The translations under genes and the position numbers were made by a program. This document shows positions 38,796-52,440 of a DNA stretch of 64,000 nucleotides, in pieces. The stretch lies in contig OX597831.1 in NCBI GenBank assembly GCA_951406725.2, positions 8,060,001 to 8,124,000 of the forward strand, in the 5' to 3' direction. This DNA is from Octopus vulgaris (Eukaryota). The notes under the pieces were generated by a model. It ran no database searches. It saw nothing but the letters and a program-made list of their open reading frames with translations, and had not been told where the DNA came from. Numbering within the stretch: the first letter of the stretch is position 1; the number at the start of each line of letters is the position of its first letter.

Positions 38796-41700
38796 TACAT
38801 TGCAACAAGGACTGGACCTTGTGAATATATTATTGTACTGGTCAATAATGCCATCAGATATGTTTTTTGCTTGATTAAATGTATTGAAAAATGATGATGA
38901 AATATAGTGTAAATATTGGAAACTACATTTATATAGACAAGTATATACTCACTGTAGCAGACACTGTATTGTATCATCTTGAAGGAAACTCTTCTGGTTC
39001 AAGTTTTGTTTCCATTATTACACAAATTGAAAGTTTTCTCATTCTTTCAAATCTGTCTTTACATCTGTTTCTTGTACAGTCTCATTTCAGCATTTCTATG
39101 TTTCATATATATATGTGTGTGTATGTATGTGTGTGTGTATATCTGTATACCTGTGCATGGGGGCTGAGAGAGATAGAGAGAAGATTAATGTATAAACATC
39201 AAAGAATAAATCCGTGGTAATTAAGAGGTCACTAATCAAGTTATTAGAGTGCTGTAAATCCAAGTGGGACCACCTTGCAGGTCTGTACCACTTTGTCAGC
39301 TAAACTGATCATTAACATATTTAGCATTATATATGTGAGTGTGTATGCATGTGTTTGTGTATGTCTCTCCTCCACTGTTTGACAACCGGTGTTGGTTTGT
39401 TTACATTCCCATAACATAGCAGTTCAGAAAAAGAAACTGATATAGGTACCAGATATGAAAAATAAAAAAAAATGTACTCAGGGTGATTTGTTTGACTAAA
39501 ACCCCTTGAAGGTGATGCTCCAGCATGGCCACAGTTCAATAACTGAAACTTGTATAAAGTAGAGGTCATTTACTCTACAATTAAATTCTTTAAATTCTGT
39601 TTATGGATGTATTTAATCTGAGGATAAAAAGTCTGACAATGAAGCTTTGGTGTGCTTTAGGTGTTTTCGCCCAATAAACACTCACAACACCCGGTCTGGA
39701 AATTGAAACTGCGATCCTACAACCACGAGTTAGCTGCCCTAACCACTAGGTCGTTGTGCATCCAACACACACACACACACACATATATATACCTCACAAT
39801 ATATGGGTTCAGGTAAACCGGTAGTACTCAATAAAACAGCTCCTTAATGTATCATTGTACGACCCGTTTAGAATATACTAGCACAAAGACCCGGCAATTG
39901 GAGTCAGCGTACTTTACGGTGAGACACCTTTATCTGTCCCTTCTGTGCCTTAAATCTCTCAGCTGGCACAAAACCACACTCCTGCAATACTACTATCCTC
40001 CCCACTCCTAGTTGAGGGGGTCTTTGTCTTGCAATGCACTTGGGACCCTGTCAGTGCTTGTGCCTTGTAAAAAGCACCCAGTGCACTCTGTAAGGTGGTT
40101 GGTGTTAGGAATGGTGTCTAAGCATAGAAACCATGCCAAAATAGACAATGACTCCCGGCCTTACCAGCTCCTGTGAAACCATCTAACCCATGCCAGCATG
40201 GAAAATGGACGTTAAATGATGATGATGATGTTCACACACATACACATACATGGTAGGCTTCCAAACAGTTTCTTTTTTCCAAATTCACTTACAAGGTACT
40301 GGTTGGCTGAAATTGCTGTGCACTGGGAGTGAACCTGAAACCAAGCAGTTGCAATGTGAGTTTCTTAACCACAAAGCCCTGCCTCCAAAAAATTACCTGT
40401 ATCATAGTTCAGTGAATTCATTGCGAAATGCAGAAATAGCTGCTAAATCTCCCTCCACTGTGAACCTACCATCTTTTGTAGAGCAAAAACTCGTTGAATG
40501 ATGTACTTTTAGATACACAAAACAACAGAATTGGTCAATGCTTCAGTGTGTGTGATCATAGGTCTTCTCACTCAAGGCCAGCCTGGGGCTAAACAGCAGT
40601 GACTTTTACAAGGCTTTACCTTTTGTCTGTTTACAATGTCTGATGTTGTAACCATGGAGAGTCTACCGTTCAGCACAAAGACCCTGCAATGGCTCAAAAG
40701 TCCCTTTAGCTTTTATCACAAACCAGTTAACAATGAATGTCACCTGAGGTTAGTTAATTATCCTAATGCCTTCTCTCTCACGCCTCCTCCCCTCTCCTCA
40801 TCACTGCTTACAATGCATCCCCCCACCCCTACACTAATCAGGGTAGCTGCTCTGTTGTCCTGTCATCTACCCAGTTTAACTGTCCAGGATTAACCTGGAC
40901 ATTTAAACTAGGTGTGCCTCCACACCTCAGTTGGATTATCATTAATTTGAATCATTCTGAGGACAATGAATATTCCTTGTCTTTTGACAATATTCGATTA
41001 AAACAATATTCTATTTGTCTGTCTGTCTATCTATCTATCTATCTATTTAGATAGATAAAAATGAGTGTACATTTAAACACAAAAGAGGCGACCTTAACAG
41101 GATGCCTTACATGCTAGAAGGAACAGTCGAAGTCCATATTACGGTTAAGAGCAATTTCAAAGAGAATGAAAAATAAAAACATTTACCATATTTTTCTCTG
41201 GACCTAGGTTTCAGACTTTTAGCAAATAGAATAATTTGCTAGGCAAAGTTCTCATTAACGGGTACGCCAAATTTTTATATGAAAAGTATATTGTCTATTG
41301 ACTATTTTATACATGCTGGGCCAATGGTAGAAACATTTCTAAAATTTTCCTTCCCTGTATATTTTTAATATCTAGATAGATAGACAGATAAATGTAGAAA
41401 GCAGGATAAATAGATATAAAATACCATATGATATATATACATGTATATCTGAAAAGATTTACAGTAAAATAGATAATTGTTAAAAATATATGAAAGAAAA
41501 TAAAAATATTTTGTGTATCATTTTAAGGCTACAGGTACTCCTAAATCACCATGTGTATACATGTGTGTGTGTGTATGTGTGTATGTGCATACACACACAC
41601 ATACACACACACACGCGCAATCCTTTCTTTTACTGAAGTTGGCCCTGTGTCTTGTCTATTCAAAATCAATATTTCCATTGAAAAGAATCAGTGGAAACTG

Positions 41701-42688
41701 TTGACCCCTTCTTCCCTCCACCCTTGCCCCTCATTCCTTATGTTGCTGTGTTTGTGCTTTGCTGCTCAAAATGACATGATCAGACAAAATCATCTGCTGA
41801 AAATAAACAAAGAAAATTGGTTGAAATATTTGGCAACTGATTTATTGTTGGACACATTTGATTTTTCTCATTCGAGGAAAAGTGAAGATGGTATTTTTGA
41901 AGAGAACTTTAATTAATTCCTTAATTTCCATATTTCTCAATTTTTTCACCATTCACTTGTATTTTTGACCATTTCTTTCATTCATTCTACATCTCTTGGT
42001 GTCAGAGATGCTTATAATTCTTGATAAATAGTTTCTTTCTCTTCTGCAAATGGTTCCTTGCTCAGACAATGATTTCTTATTTCCCAAAGATTGTTTCATT
42101 TTCTTCTTTGCATTGGTTTCCTGACAATTCTTGTATGTGTCCATTCATAGCATCATGTTATTGTGTACAACTATAAAAGGAACTATATACACATAGATTG
42201 GCTGACCGAAAACTCTCAGATTTTTCAATTCTATTTTACTATTATCAACATTTGCTGTTTCATTAAATTATGCAACCCAAATCCCAAAAGAATATTTTTC
42301 TCCCTCGTGTTCTGACCACCTTAACTCTGGTACCCCCCCTCTCTCTCTGCCTCACTCTGTCTGTCTGTCTGTCTCTCTCAGCCTCACTCTATCTGTCTGT
42401 CTCTCTCTTTCGATTATCACTCGCTTCGCTAAGACTTACCCCACCACCACCACCGTCCTATATAAACTAGTGCATGCACTCGGATTCCCCTACTCGATTT
42501 TTAATACCTTTGCCAAAGTATACGAATCTCAGAAGATGCTCAGATAAGAAATTTTGTCTTTTCAACCTTGTTCATCTACTCTTCTATTTCTGCGCAGATC
42601 AGCCATCTGGTTTGCCAGTCCTCAGTGAAATCCTCCAACCCATGCTAGCATGGAAAGCGGACGTTAAACGATGATGATGATGCTGATG

Positions 42689-42719
<31 letters not shown>

Positions 42720-43449
42720 AGTGTACGACAAGCTTCTTTCAGTTTCTATCTATCACATTCACTCACAAGGCATGGTTGGCCTATGGCTATGGTAAAAGGC
42801 ACTTGCCCAGGGTGTCACACAGTGGGACTGAACCCGGAATCATGTGGAAGGGAGGCAAGCTTATTACACAGCCATGCTTGAAAATGAAAATGATATTTGT
42901 ATATAACATCCAGCACTCTCTGTAAAGTGGTTGGCTTTAGGAAGGGCATCCAGCTGTAGAAACCATGTTATCTGGACAGCTCTCCACTGGCTGACCTGCT
43001 CCGTGTCAAACTGTCCAACTCATGTCAGCATGGAAAACAGATATGAAATGATGATGATAAATACATGCACATACATACATGATGGATTACCTGTGGTTTC
43101 ATGTATATATACAGCAGGCTTTAGTATGGTTTCTCTCTGCTAAGATTCATCATGAGGTGTTGTTCGGCTTGAGTCCATAGGAAAAGAAGTGCCATGCCAG
43201 GAGATCAAACCTGAAACTACATGATTGCAATGGAAGCTTATTAACCACCAGACTCCAGTCTGACTTGGCATGGTTTTCTATGGCTGGATGCCCTTCTTAA
43301 CGCTAACCACTCCGAGAGTGTAATGGGTGCTTTTATGTGCCACTGGCATGAGTACCATTTGTGTGACACCAGTATCTGCCATGACAGCAATTTTGCTTGG
43401 CTTGATGCGTTTTCTTCTCAAGCACAACATAATGCCAAAGGTCTTGGTC

Positions 43450-43585
43450 ATTGTCTCCATGAGGTCCAACACTCAAAAGGAACTCGACCACTTTGCCTCT
43501 GTGAGGCCCAACGCTCAAAAAGAACTCCGCCACTTTATCTCCATAAAGCCCAATGTTCAAGAGGAACTCAGCCACTTTGCCTCCA
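43450..43585. repeat. ~42-bp tandem repeat (about 3.2 units) derived from an RTE ORF end
   Basis: Unit gcctctgtgaggcccaacgctcaaaaagaactccgccacttt and variants, related to 13505-13545. It lies within an RTE tail copy (43250-43585, -). Confidence 0.75.
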
Positions 43586-43994
43586 TATATATATATATAT
43601 ACATATTCTAATTTTACATATTCAGTTTAGGGCTCTGGTTTTGCAAGTTACTTGGTGACCTCACTGGTGCTGGTGCCATGTGAAAAAGCACCCAATGCAG
43701 TCTATAAAGGTGCTGGCATTAGGAATAGCATTCAACCATAGAGACAGTGCGACAATAGAAACATATGATGTATGCTTCTGGCTTACCAACTCCTCTCAAA
43801 CCCTCCAACCCATGCCAGCATGGAAAATGGATGTTAAGTGGTGATTATGATGAGATTGTATTATGTGTGGATATTATTTGCTCTTTGTGTGTTTTCTTTG
43901 AATTGACAGGTTTCCAATATTGTATGAGAAGTCAATGTTGTTTTGTAATCAAGGCCAGTTCTATTTGCATACTATTATCATTATTATTATTATA

Positions 43995-44290
43995 TCCCTT
44001 GTTGACAATGACCAAGGACCTCATATGGGAGGGCATGGTGTGTCCAGCTGTGGCCAATCAATCTGATGCACATTTGGAAGGCTCTGCCTTTGGTTGGGCA
44101 CTTGTGGTCTGCTGGGGCTGAAGGTGAGGACTTGGCTCTGGACTTGTCTAGTTTGTATTTTCTTTGTGCCTCAGCATTTCTGTTTCTGTTCATAGAAGTT
44201 GGTACCTCTGTTGGTGCTGCTTTGCCAGGCAGGGTGGTTTTGTGCTTGCATTTCCCACCTCAGGTTCAATCTCAGAGCTCAGTTTCAATA
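43995..44290 (-). mobile_element. RTE (BovB-like) ORF C-terminal fragment with decayed C2H2 motif
   Basis: AQNHPAWQS...AEAQRKYKLDKSRA...HKCPTKGRAFQMCIRLIGHSWTH (compare CPxCGRxFxxRIGLISHxRTH). Confidence 0.7.
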
Positions 44291-44450
44291 GGGAACTAAC
44301 CAATTGACATTGGTTTCATGATCCAGTAATTCAACCCTCAATATGATTTCGTTGTTGTTGGAAACTGATCCATCAGATCTATTGTTAAACCTGTTTCAAC
44401 CCTGATCATCCCACAACCACACATACACACACGCACATGTGTATATATGT

Positions 44451-44482
<32 letters not shown>

Positions 44483-44948
44483 ACATATTCATACAAACAT
44501 ACATTTTATTAAAAGACTTTATTAAAATGACTTTTGTGGTACTCATTTTTTAAAAATAAAACACTAATAGCCAATTCTTCACTCTAACAATCCTAATGAC
44601 ATTCCTCCGAATAGGTAGCCTGAAGAGTTATTATGCACACACCCACACGCATTCATATACAATATATGTATGTCATTTTACCATCCACTTTGTGTGTGTG
44701 TGTGTGTGTAAACTAGTAAGCACACTTTTAGGCATTAAGTGCTATACGTCACTGTAACAACCCTGTTTCCCTCAATACATTTGTCTCACCCTCTAGACCC
44801 TACACTAAACATTCGTATCCAATCTTCTCTTACCAAAACTGCTTCCTTTTACAATAATTCTGCCTGCATTCTTCCAACGGATATCAACATACAGAAGTTC
44901 CAAATGAACAACAACCAGATCGCTCTCACCAGCTTCAATGACCCTATC

Positions 44949-44989
<41 letters not shown>

Positions 44990-45278
44990 GAGTGTGTGTA
45001 TCGTTCCTGAGTCATATAGACTGATGAGGCCAGTTTCCTGGCTTCTGTTGTGCGTACATTCCCCACCTGGACAGGATGCCAGTCTGTTGCATGATTACAC
45101 TCTTTTGGCAGCTGAGTGGACTGGATCAACATTGAATGAAGTGTTTTGCTCAAGAACACAATGCATTGCCCTGTCCAGGATTTGAAACCACAATCTTATC
45201 ATCAGGAATCGAACACCCTAACCACTAAAGCCACACATCTACACACACACACACACATTTCATTTTCAAATGTGTGTA

Positions 45279-45314
<36 letters not shown>

Positions 45315-45715
45315 GGCGCAGGAGTGGCTGTGTGGTAAGTAGCTTACTAACCAACCACATGGTTCCGGGTTCAGTCCCACTGCGTGGCATCTTAGGCAAG
45401 TGTCTTCTGCTATAGCCCCGGGCCAACCACTGCCTTGTGAGTGGATTTGGTAGACGGAAACTGAAAGAAGCCTGTCGTATATATGTATATATATATATAT
45501 ATATGGATAGATATGTGTATGTGTGTGTGTTTGTCCCCCTAGCTTTGCTTGACAACCGATGCTGGTGTGTTTACGTCCCCGTCACTTAGCGGTTCGGAAA
45601 AGAGACCGATAGAATAAGTACTGGGCTTACAAAGAATAAGTCTCGGGCTCGATTTGCTCGACTAAAGGCGGTGCTCCAGCATGGCCGCAGTCAAATGACT
45701 GAAACAAGTAAAAGA

Positions 45716-45716
<1 letters not shown>
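45315..45716 (+). mobile_element. SINE family A, best-preserved (young) copy
   Basis: ggcgcaggagtggctgtgtggtaag (A-box), ggttcagtccc (B-box), internal (TA/TG)n, tail gactgaaacaagtaaaagag. It retains CpGs and is flanked by (TA)n. Other copies lie at about 19760-19922, 20050-20210, 39340-39560, 42725-42880, 46446-46826, 47186-47345, 48184-48342, 50625-50788 and 55140-55350. Confidence 0.92.
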
Positions 45717-45767
<51 letters not shown>

Positions 45768-48705
45768 ATGCACCCAACCTTAGGAAGGGCATCCAGTTGT
45801 AGAAACAATGTCACAACAGACAGTTGGAGTCTGGACAGCTCCCTGCTGGCCAGCACCATGTCAAACCAGTCAACTCATGCCAGCATGGAAAGAGGATATT
45901 AAATGATGATGATGATGATAATGATGATTATATCTGCATGTGTGTGTGTGTGTGTAATGGGCATTGTTCCTCTTTGTATGGCTAATTAAGAAAAAACTTA
46001 TTTTCGTCTGACTGCGGGGTGTCCCATCCAGCATAAGACATGGTAGGGGGTGTGGGGGGTGGCCGGCTATTCATTTCATTCTGTTTTATCATCATGAAAC
46101 TGGATCTCTTGTGCTGATCTATAAAAGTCACTTGATGCTTAAGAGACATTTCCATTCACAATACGTTTTACTTCTCCCATATGGCAATATATTTCACAGT
46201 CTAGACTCTGCTATTGTATCTTGTAGTATTTATCCATTGGGCTTGTTTGTTTGTTTTTTTTCTCTTTTCTCTTTCTTTTTTTTTTTTTTTGCTCAGCAGC
46301 AAACCACTTAACTTTTGACCCATAACCAGTTTATCTTTGTTGTTATGGTTTAATTCCCAAGTCTGTCCCTGATCAAGCAGGCTTTCCAGCCATGACCAAC
46401 TTGGAGTTCTTTTATTTATTTATTTATATTTTTTTTTTTAAAAAATGGCTGTGTCGTTAAGAAGCTTGCTTTGTAATCATGGCACCTCAGGTTCAGTCCC
46501 ATTGCATAGCAGCTTGGACAACACCTTTCTCCTATAGACCCAAGCTGACCAATGTGTTGGGAGTGAATATGACAAACAGAAACTGTGAAGAAGCTCAGTA
46601 TATGTGTGTGTGTGTGTGTTTGTTTGTCTCCTTCACTGCTTGACAACCAGTATCAGTTTGTTTATGTCCCTGTAACTTAGTGGTTCGACAAAAGAGACCG
46701 ATAGAATAAGTACCAGATTAAAAAAAAAACATAAGTACTGGGATCCATTTGTTTGACCAAAACCCTTCAAGGTGCTGCTCCAGCATGGCTGCAGTCCAAT
46801 GACTGAAACAAGTAAAACATGAAAGATATTGAATATTGTGGTCTTTTGAAAACTGAGGAGATAGTCATGGCTGGAATGCCTTTGGTCTTAGGTCTTCTCT
46901 ATCAGAATTGGCTTGAGGGCCAAACATCCTGAACAACAGCTGTATCCAATATCCATTGGCTGTAAGTCACATTTGGCAAACCTGCTAACTTTTCCTCCTC
47001 TTCCTTCTCCTCCTCCTCCTACCAATTATGCCGGTAATTAAAAAGCTGTGTAAATTACATCTTAATAGAGAATTACAACTGACTGAACTGTCAACCAAAT
47101 GGCTGACTGCAAAGCCATTATCGTCTGGATATCTTATGTGTCGCTTCTTTACAAACGTATTCATAAAAAGCATCTGCGTAAAGCACAGGCATGGCTGGGT
47201 GGTTGAGAGACTTGCTTCTCAGTTGTGTGATTTCCGGTTCAGTCCCACTGCGGGGAATTTTGAGCAAGTGTCTTCCACTATAGCCCTGGACTGACCAAAG
47301 CCTTATGAGAACAGATCTGGTAGATAGAACTTGAAAGAAGCTCATTGTGTGTGTGTGCACGTGTGTGTGTGCGTGTCTTTGTCTTGATATTGTGTGATTG
47401 TTGTAAATGAATGTCACTCATGTCTAGTCTTCTATGGAAACATCTCTGGCCAGTGGGGGAAATAGCAACCTCGCTTAGAAACAGGTGAAGGTTGATGACA
47501 GGAAAGGCATCTGGCTGTAAAAGATCTGCTGCAATAAACTTTTTCCTACCCATGGAAAAGTGGCCAGTAAAATGATGATGATGATGTTTATGGATGTGTG
47601 TGTGTGTGTACATGTGGGTGTGGATGGCCCAATGATGGATATAACATATTACTGTTAGCAGTCAAGAGGATGTGCGAGGTGAGGTTGTATAATTAACAAG
47701 TGTTTCAGAAGATTTTTCTATTTTATCAGTGCCAGGATCAAATCACACCATACGAACTATAGTTTGGAAGGGGATGCTTGGGCAAATCTGAATTTTGCTG
47801 AAATCTTTTCAGAAGCATCCATGCAACCTAATAAATTACTGACATCCACCTTAAAACCAATCCATATTTGTATATCTTTTTTTCTTTTCCCTATTTACGC
47901 ATGTTATCACCTAAGGGCAGTTTCTATTCGCAACAAATCAACAATTAAAAAAAACATCCTGTTCAAAAAAGACAAAATATTTTTCTCTCTATTTAGAAAC
48001 CAATTCTTCGTTTCTTTCACACCATTTCCTTCTTCTTTCTTAGCTTTAATTTTTTTCCTTCCTTTCTTTCGTCCTACTCTTTTTATTCTGTATTTTTATT
48101 CTTTTTTACTTTCTGTGTTTACTTCTTCCTTCCTTTCCTTGCCTGTCTTCTCTCTTTCTCCTTATGTCGCTTATTACGTGCAGCCAGCAGATGTCGCTGT
48201 GTGGTTAAGAAGCTTGCTTCCCAACTACATGGGCTTGGGTTCAGTCCCACTGTGATGCACCTTGGACAAGTGTCTTCTACTATGGACTCGGTCCAACTAA
48301 AGCTTTATAAGTGAATATGGTCGCTGGAAACTGAAAGAAGCACACACACACACATAGGCAGAATTAGGAAGGGCATCCAGCCATAGAAACCATGCTAAAA
48401 CAGACAAATAGAGTCTGGGCAGCACTCCAACTGGCCAGCTGCTGCCAAACCACTCAACCCATGCCAGCATGGAAAATGGATGTTGACTGATGATGATGCT
48501 TGATTAACAGCTCAATCAATCAATCAATCAGCTAAATTCGTCAAAGTCCTTTATTTTGCCATTTTTGACCTACTCAATGATATGTTCTCTCCAGTCTATG
48601 TGTGTTTCAGATCTGTCAGTCTCTTTCTTAATTTACAGGTTCATCATCATCATCATCATCATCTAACATCCATTTTCCATACTGGCATGGGTTGGATGGT
48701 TTGGC

Positions 48706-49362
48706 AGGAGTTGGCAAGGCCAGGGACTGCACCTGGCGCCAGTTGTCTGTTGTGGCTTGGTTTCTACAGCTGGATGCCCTTCCTAATGCCAACCACTCCA
48801 GAGTGCTCCACTGGATGCTTTTTACATGGCACCATCACCGGTCAGGTTCTTATTTGTCATTGTTTATGGCTTCTGGCCAGCTGTGATACAATAGACCTAT
48901 GGTCAAAGGCATCCCAGCCATGACCACCCTTTCTTAATAGCGTTATATGCTCACTGGGACTGATAGTATTTATGTATTGACAACAAGGCGCAGCATTTGT
49001 AGATTCATATTGGACCCCTTCACCTGTGGTACCTCTGGACGACTGCCCTGTGGATCCATTCTGTAAGACACCACTGTCTAGGAGCAGACATTTGTATGTG
49101 ATTTGAAAGAAATACTATCAGTCCCAGTGAGTCTATAATGCTATTAAGAAAGGATGGTCATGGCTGGGATGCCTTTGACCATCACAGCTGGCCAGAAGTC
49201 ATAAACAATGACAAATAAGAACCTGACCGGTGATGGTGCCATGTAAAAAGCATCCAGTGGAGCACTCTGGAGTGGTTGGCATTAGGAAGGGCATCCAGCT
49301 CTAGAAGCCAAGCCACAACAGACAACTGGCGCCAGGTGCAGTCCCTGGCCTTGCCAGCTCCT
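48706..49362. repeat. Long high-identity inverted repeat (arms 48706-48971 and 49110-49362, 138-bp spacer)
   Basis: The arms are reverse complements end to end (aggagttggcaaggccagggactgcacc / ggtgcagtccctggccttgccagctcct; ctcactgggactgatagtattt / aaatactatcagtcccagtgag), with scattered mismatches and one ~13-nt indel. Confidence 0.97.
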
Positions 49363-52057
49363 TACTTCCCAACAGATTCAGTGCCAACCGTGTCTTAGAG
49401 ACTTTACCATTCTTTGTTAGTAGTGTTTCTAATTCAGTATTGTAATTAGAAAGAGACAAAACCAAAAAAAAAACCCCAAAAAACCCCCAAAAACAAAACA
49501 AAAACGTTGAAGAATGAGAAGAGAGGATGGTCTTTGACATTATTAAGATATATCTAAGACACAATGACAAATGGTGTTGTGATTTTTCAGAAAAATTTTT
49601 TTTTTTTTGTTCTATTATATTTATCTGTTTGTTATTTTTAAACTTTTGTTCTCGTCTAATGCTGTAATCCTTTTGTTAATTATTGATGAGAGCTGATTTC
49701 ACTTTTTCAGTCTGTTTCATTTACATTATTTATGTTTAATAACAACAACAACAACAACGACAAAACTAATAATGCTAATACTAATAATTATAATAATAAT
49801 AATAATAATAATAAGTTGTGTTGGTGCACTAGAACCTTTCAAAAGACCGTTGAAAGCATGCTGTTGATGTTGATGACGATGATGATGATGATATTGTTGC
49901 TGTTGTTTAGTTTTATGTTGTAACTTCAGACGAGGAAATTCTTCTCACGGTTGATTGATTTGATTTATATCCCATTTTCTCAACAATAGCATCACTGGTT
50001 ACAGGTTTCCAGCAGGCCAACTCATTGCTTCGTTGGATTTCTGTTGGTAAGAATGACAAGGGATTTGTCTGCTGGAACAAATGCTGCAAATGATTTTTTC
50101 TTTTTTTTTTTTTTTTTAAAAGCACCGTTCTTTTACTTTCTTTCTTTTTTCCCCCCGTATAATCAACAGAAGATGCATCATATTCTGTATTTACTTGCAT
50201 ATGATGTGATCTCAAATATAATGGAGTACCCCCACCCCCACCCCGACACATACTTTTTGTACTTGAAAATCAGTTATATATTATTTTGGCCTTCTATCTC
50301 TATCTTTTAGATTTTTTACACTCCAGTATAATGTTGTCCCTGAATTCTCCTTGATTTTGTTTTTGTATTGCATTTCTTGCATTATACTCAAGTCACTATT
50401 GCGTGTGTGTGTGTATGAATAGTTTTTTAGTTTTTTTTTTTAATTAAAACTGAAGCTGAGAATTTGTCTTGACGTGAGTTTCAAGCCCCTGTGATCTTCA
50501 GGTGAAACTCAACTTGTCAGATAAACTCTCAGCATCAGTTTTAATTCTAAAAATCCATAAACTCTATAACATATATTCTCATTTGTCCAACTTTAAAGTA
50601 TGTACACACACAAACACACACACACATGATGAGCTTCATTCAGTTTCCATCTACCAAAGCTGTTCACAAGGTTTTGGTTGGCCTGGGCTTATAGTAGAGG
50701 ACACTTGCCCAAGGTGCCATGTAGTGGGACTGAACTCAAGACCACATGGCTGGAAAGCAAGCTTCCTAACCACACAGCCATGCCTGCACCAGTATATATA
50801 TTATACATACAAGTACACTCACACACATGATGAATTTTGCTCTGTCAACTTCCACTCACTTGGCATTGGTCAGTCAGGTCAATTCTATGACTGTGCTCTG
50901 CAACCTTTTTACACTTGTGGTACACTTATAGTCTTTTCAGAATTTGGCAGCACACCTGAACTAAAAATATAACTAAAAATCAAGGGGCAAAAAATTATAT
51001 TCAGGTTCCACTGTGACACAGCTACCATCAGAGCCCTGTTCTAGGATATGGTCGAAGACCCAGGCAATTTTCCAAAGTGAGACTATGATGCAGATGGTTG
51101 TGAAGCGAGCTTGCTAAACCACACAGCCGCCCTCCTCCCACCCAAATGGCTTCTCTAATACCACTGTAACTGTATTATTACTTTGAATTCTCCAACCACT
51201 TATTAATAGCTGCTGTCAAGTAATCAAGCCAACGCTAATCACTCAAAGCCATAACTGATTATTTCTCTAACCGCTTCCCTTCCTCCTCCCCCAACTCCTC
51301 CTCCTCCTCTCTCATCAATCCTGACTTTTAACAAAAGTAAACTAGTAATGGATCAGAGATAGGTTAGGTTAGTTGTTGTTACCTTGGTAATAACGAGCCA
51401 AGGTAGACTGTGACACAACTTCTCTCACATCAATTTTCTTCCTTTCTTAACTCTTTGTTGCCTTCTTTCTTTCTTTTTATCCTTTCTTTCCTTTCTCCTT
51501 TTCCTCTTTCCCTTTGTGTTTCTTTCTTTTTTTCTTTTCTTTTCTTTTCTTTTGTACTTTTGTCTTTTTTCCCTTCTGTTTGCGTTTTCTTTCCTTGCCT
51601 TCTTCTCTATCTTCCTTTTTCTTTCTTCATCTTTTATTCACTCAATTGTTTCTGTTTCTTTCTACCCCCCCCCCGGCCACCAACTCTGTCTCATTGCTAT
51701 TTAATCCACTACGACTCACCTTTGCAATGTCTAACGAACATCATGAAACTTCCTATTCAGAATCAATGTTCTTTTCATTTATTTTTCTTTTCACTTTTTT
51801 TTTTTTTCCTTCTTTTATAAAAATATTTTATCCGACCACCACCACTGATTAAACCATTGTCATATGTTGCTGTTAAAAACAAAAATACACAACTGCCAAA
51901 GAAATAGGGATTGAATAACTGAGCTGACCTTGTAACAAGGTTTCCCAAGTGCATTAATTGAATTGACTTGTGGGTCCTGGCTAAAAATGAGCTGCCAATA
52001 AGGAAACCTGTCTAAAGTCACTCAAACCATAAATAGCAGTCCCTTATATTACACCCA

Positions 52058-52440
52058 ACATCATCATCATCATCGTTTAACGTCCGTTTTCCATGCTAGC
52101 ATGGGTTGGACGGTTCGACCGGGATCTGGGAAGCCAGAAGGCTGCACCAGGCTCAAGTCTGATCTGGCAGTGTTTCTACAGCTGGATGCCCTTCCTAATG
52201 CCAACCACTCCGTGAGTGTAGTGGATGCTTTTTACATGCCACCGGCACAGGTGCCAGGCGAGGCTGGCAACGGTCACGATCGGTTGGTGCTTTTTATGTG
52301 CCACCGGCACGGAAGCCAGTCAAGGCATCGACCACGTTCAGATGGTGCTTTTTGCGTGCCACCGGCACAGATCACAACTACAATTTCCATTGATTTTTGA
52401 TGTTGATGTACTTGACTCAATAGGTCTCCTCAAGCATAGG
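52058..52440 (-). mobile_element. RTE 3' tail copy with internal tandem subrepeats
   Basis: (cat)n cgtttaacgtccgttttccatgctagcatgggttggacgg..., with repeated tgcttttt..gtgccaccggcac. Same family as 10415-10780 and 12890-13340. Confidence 0.85.

Noticed and set aside
45315-45390. tRNA-like sequences with A and B boxes (many copies)
   Set aside because: They are SINE heads continuing into SINE bodies; no intact cloverleaf is evident.
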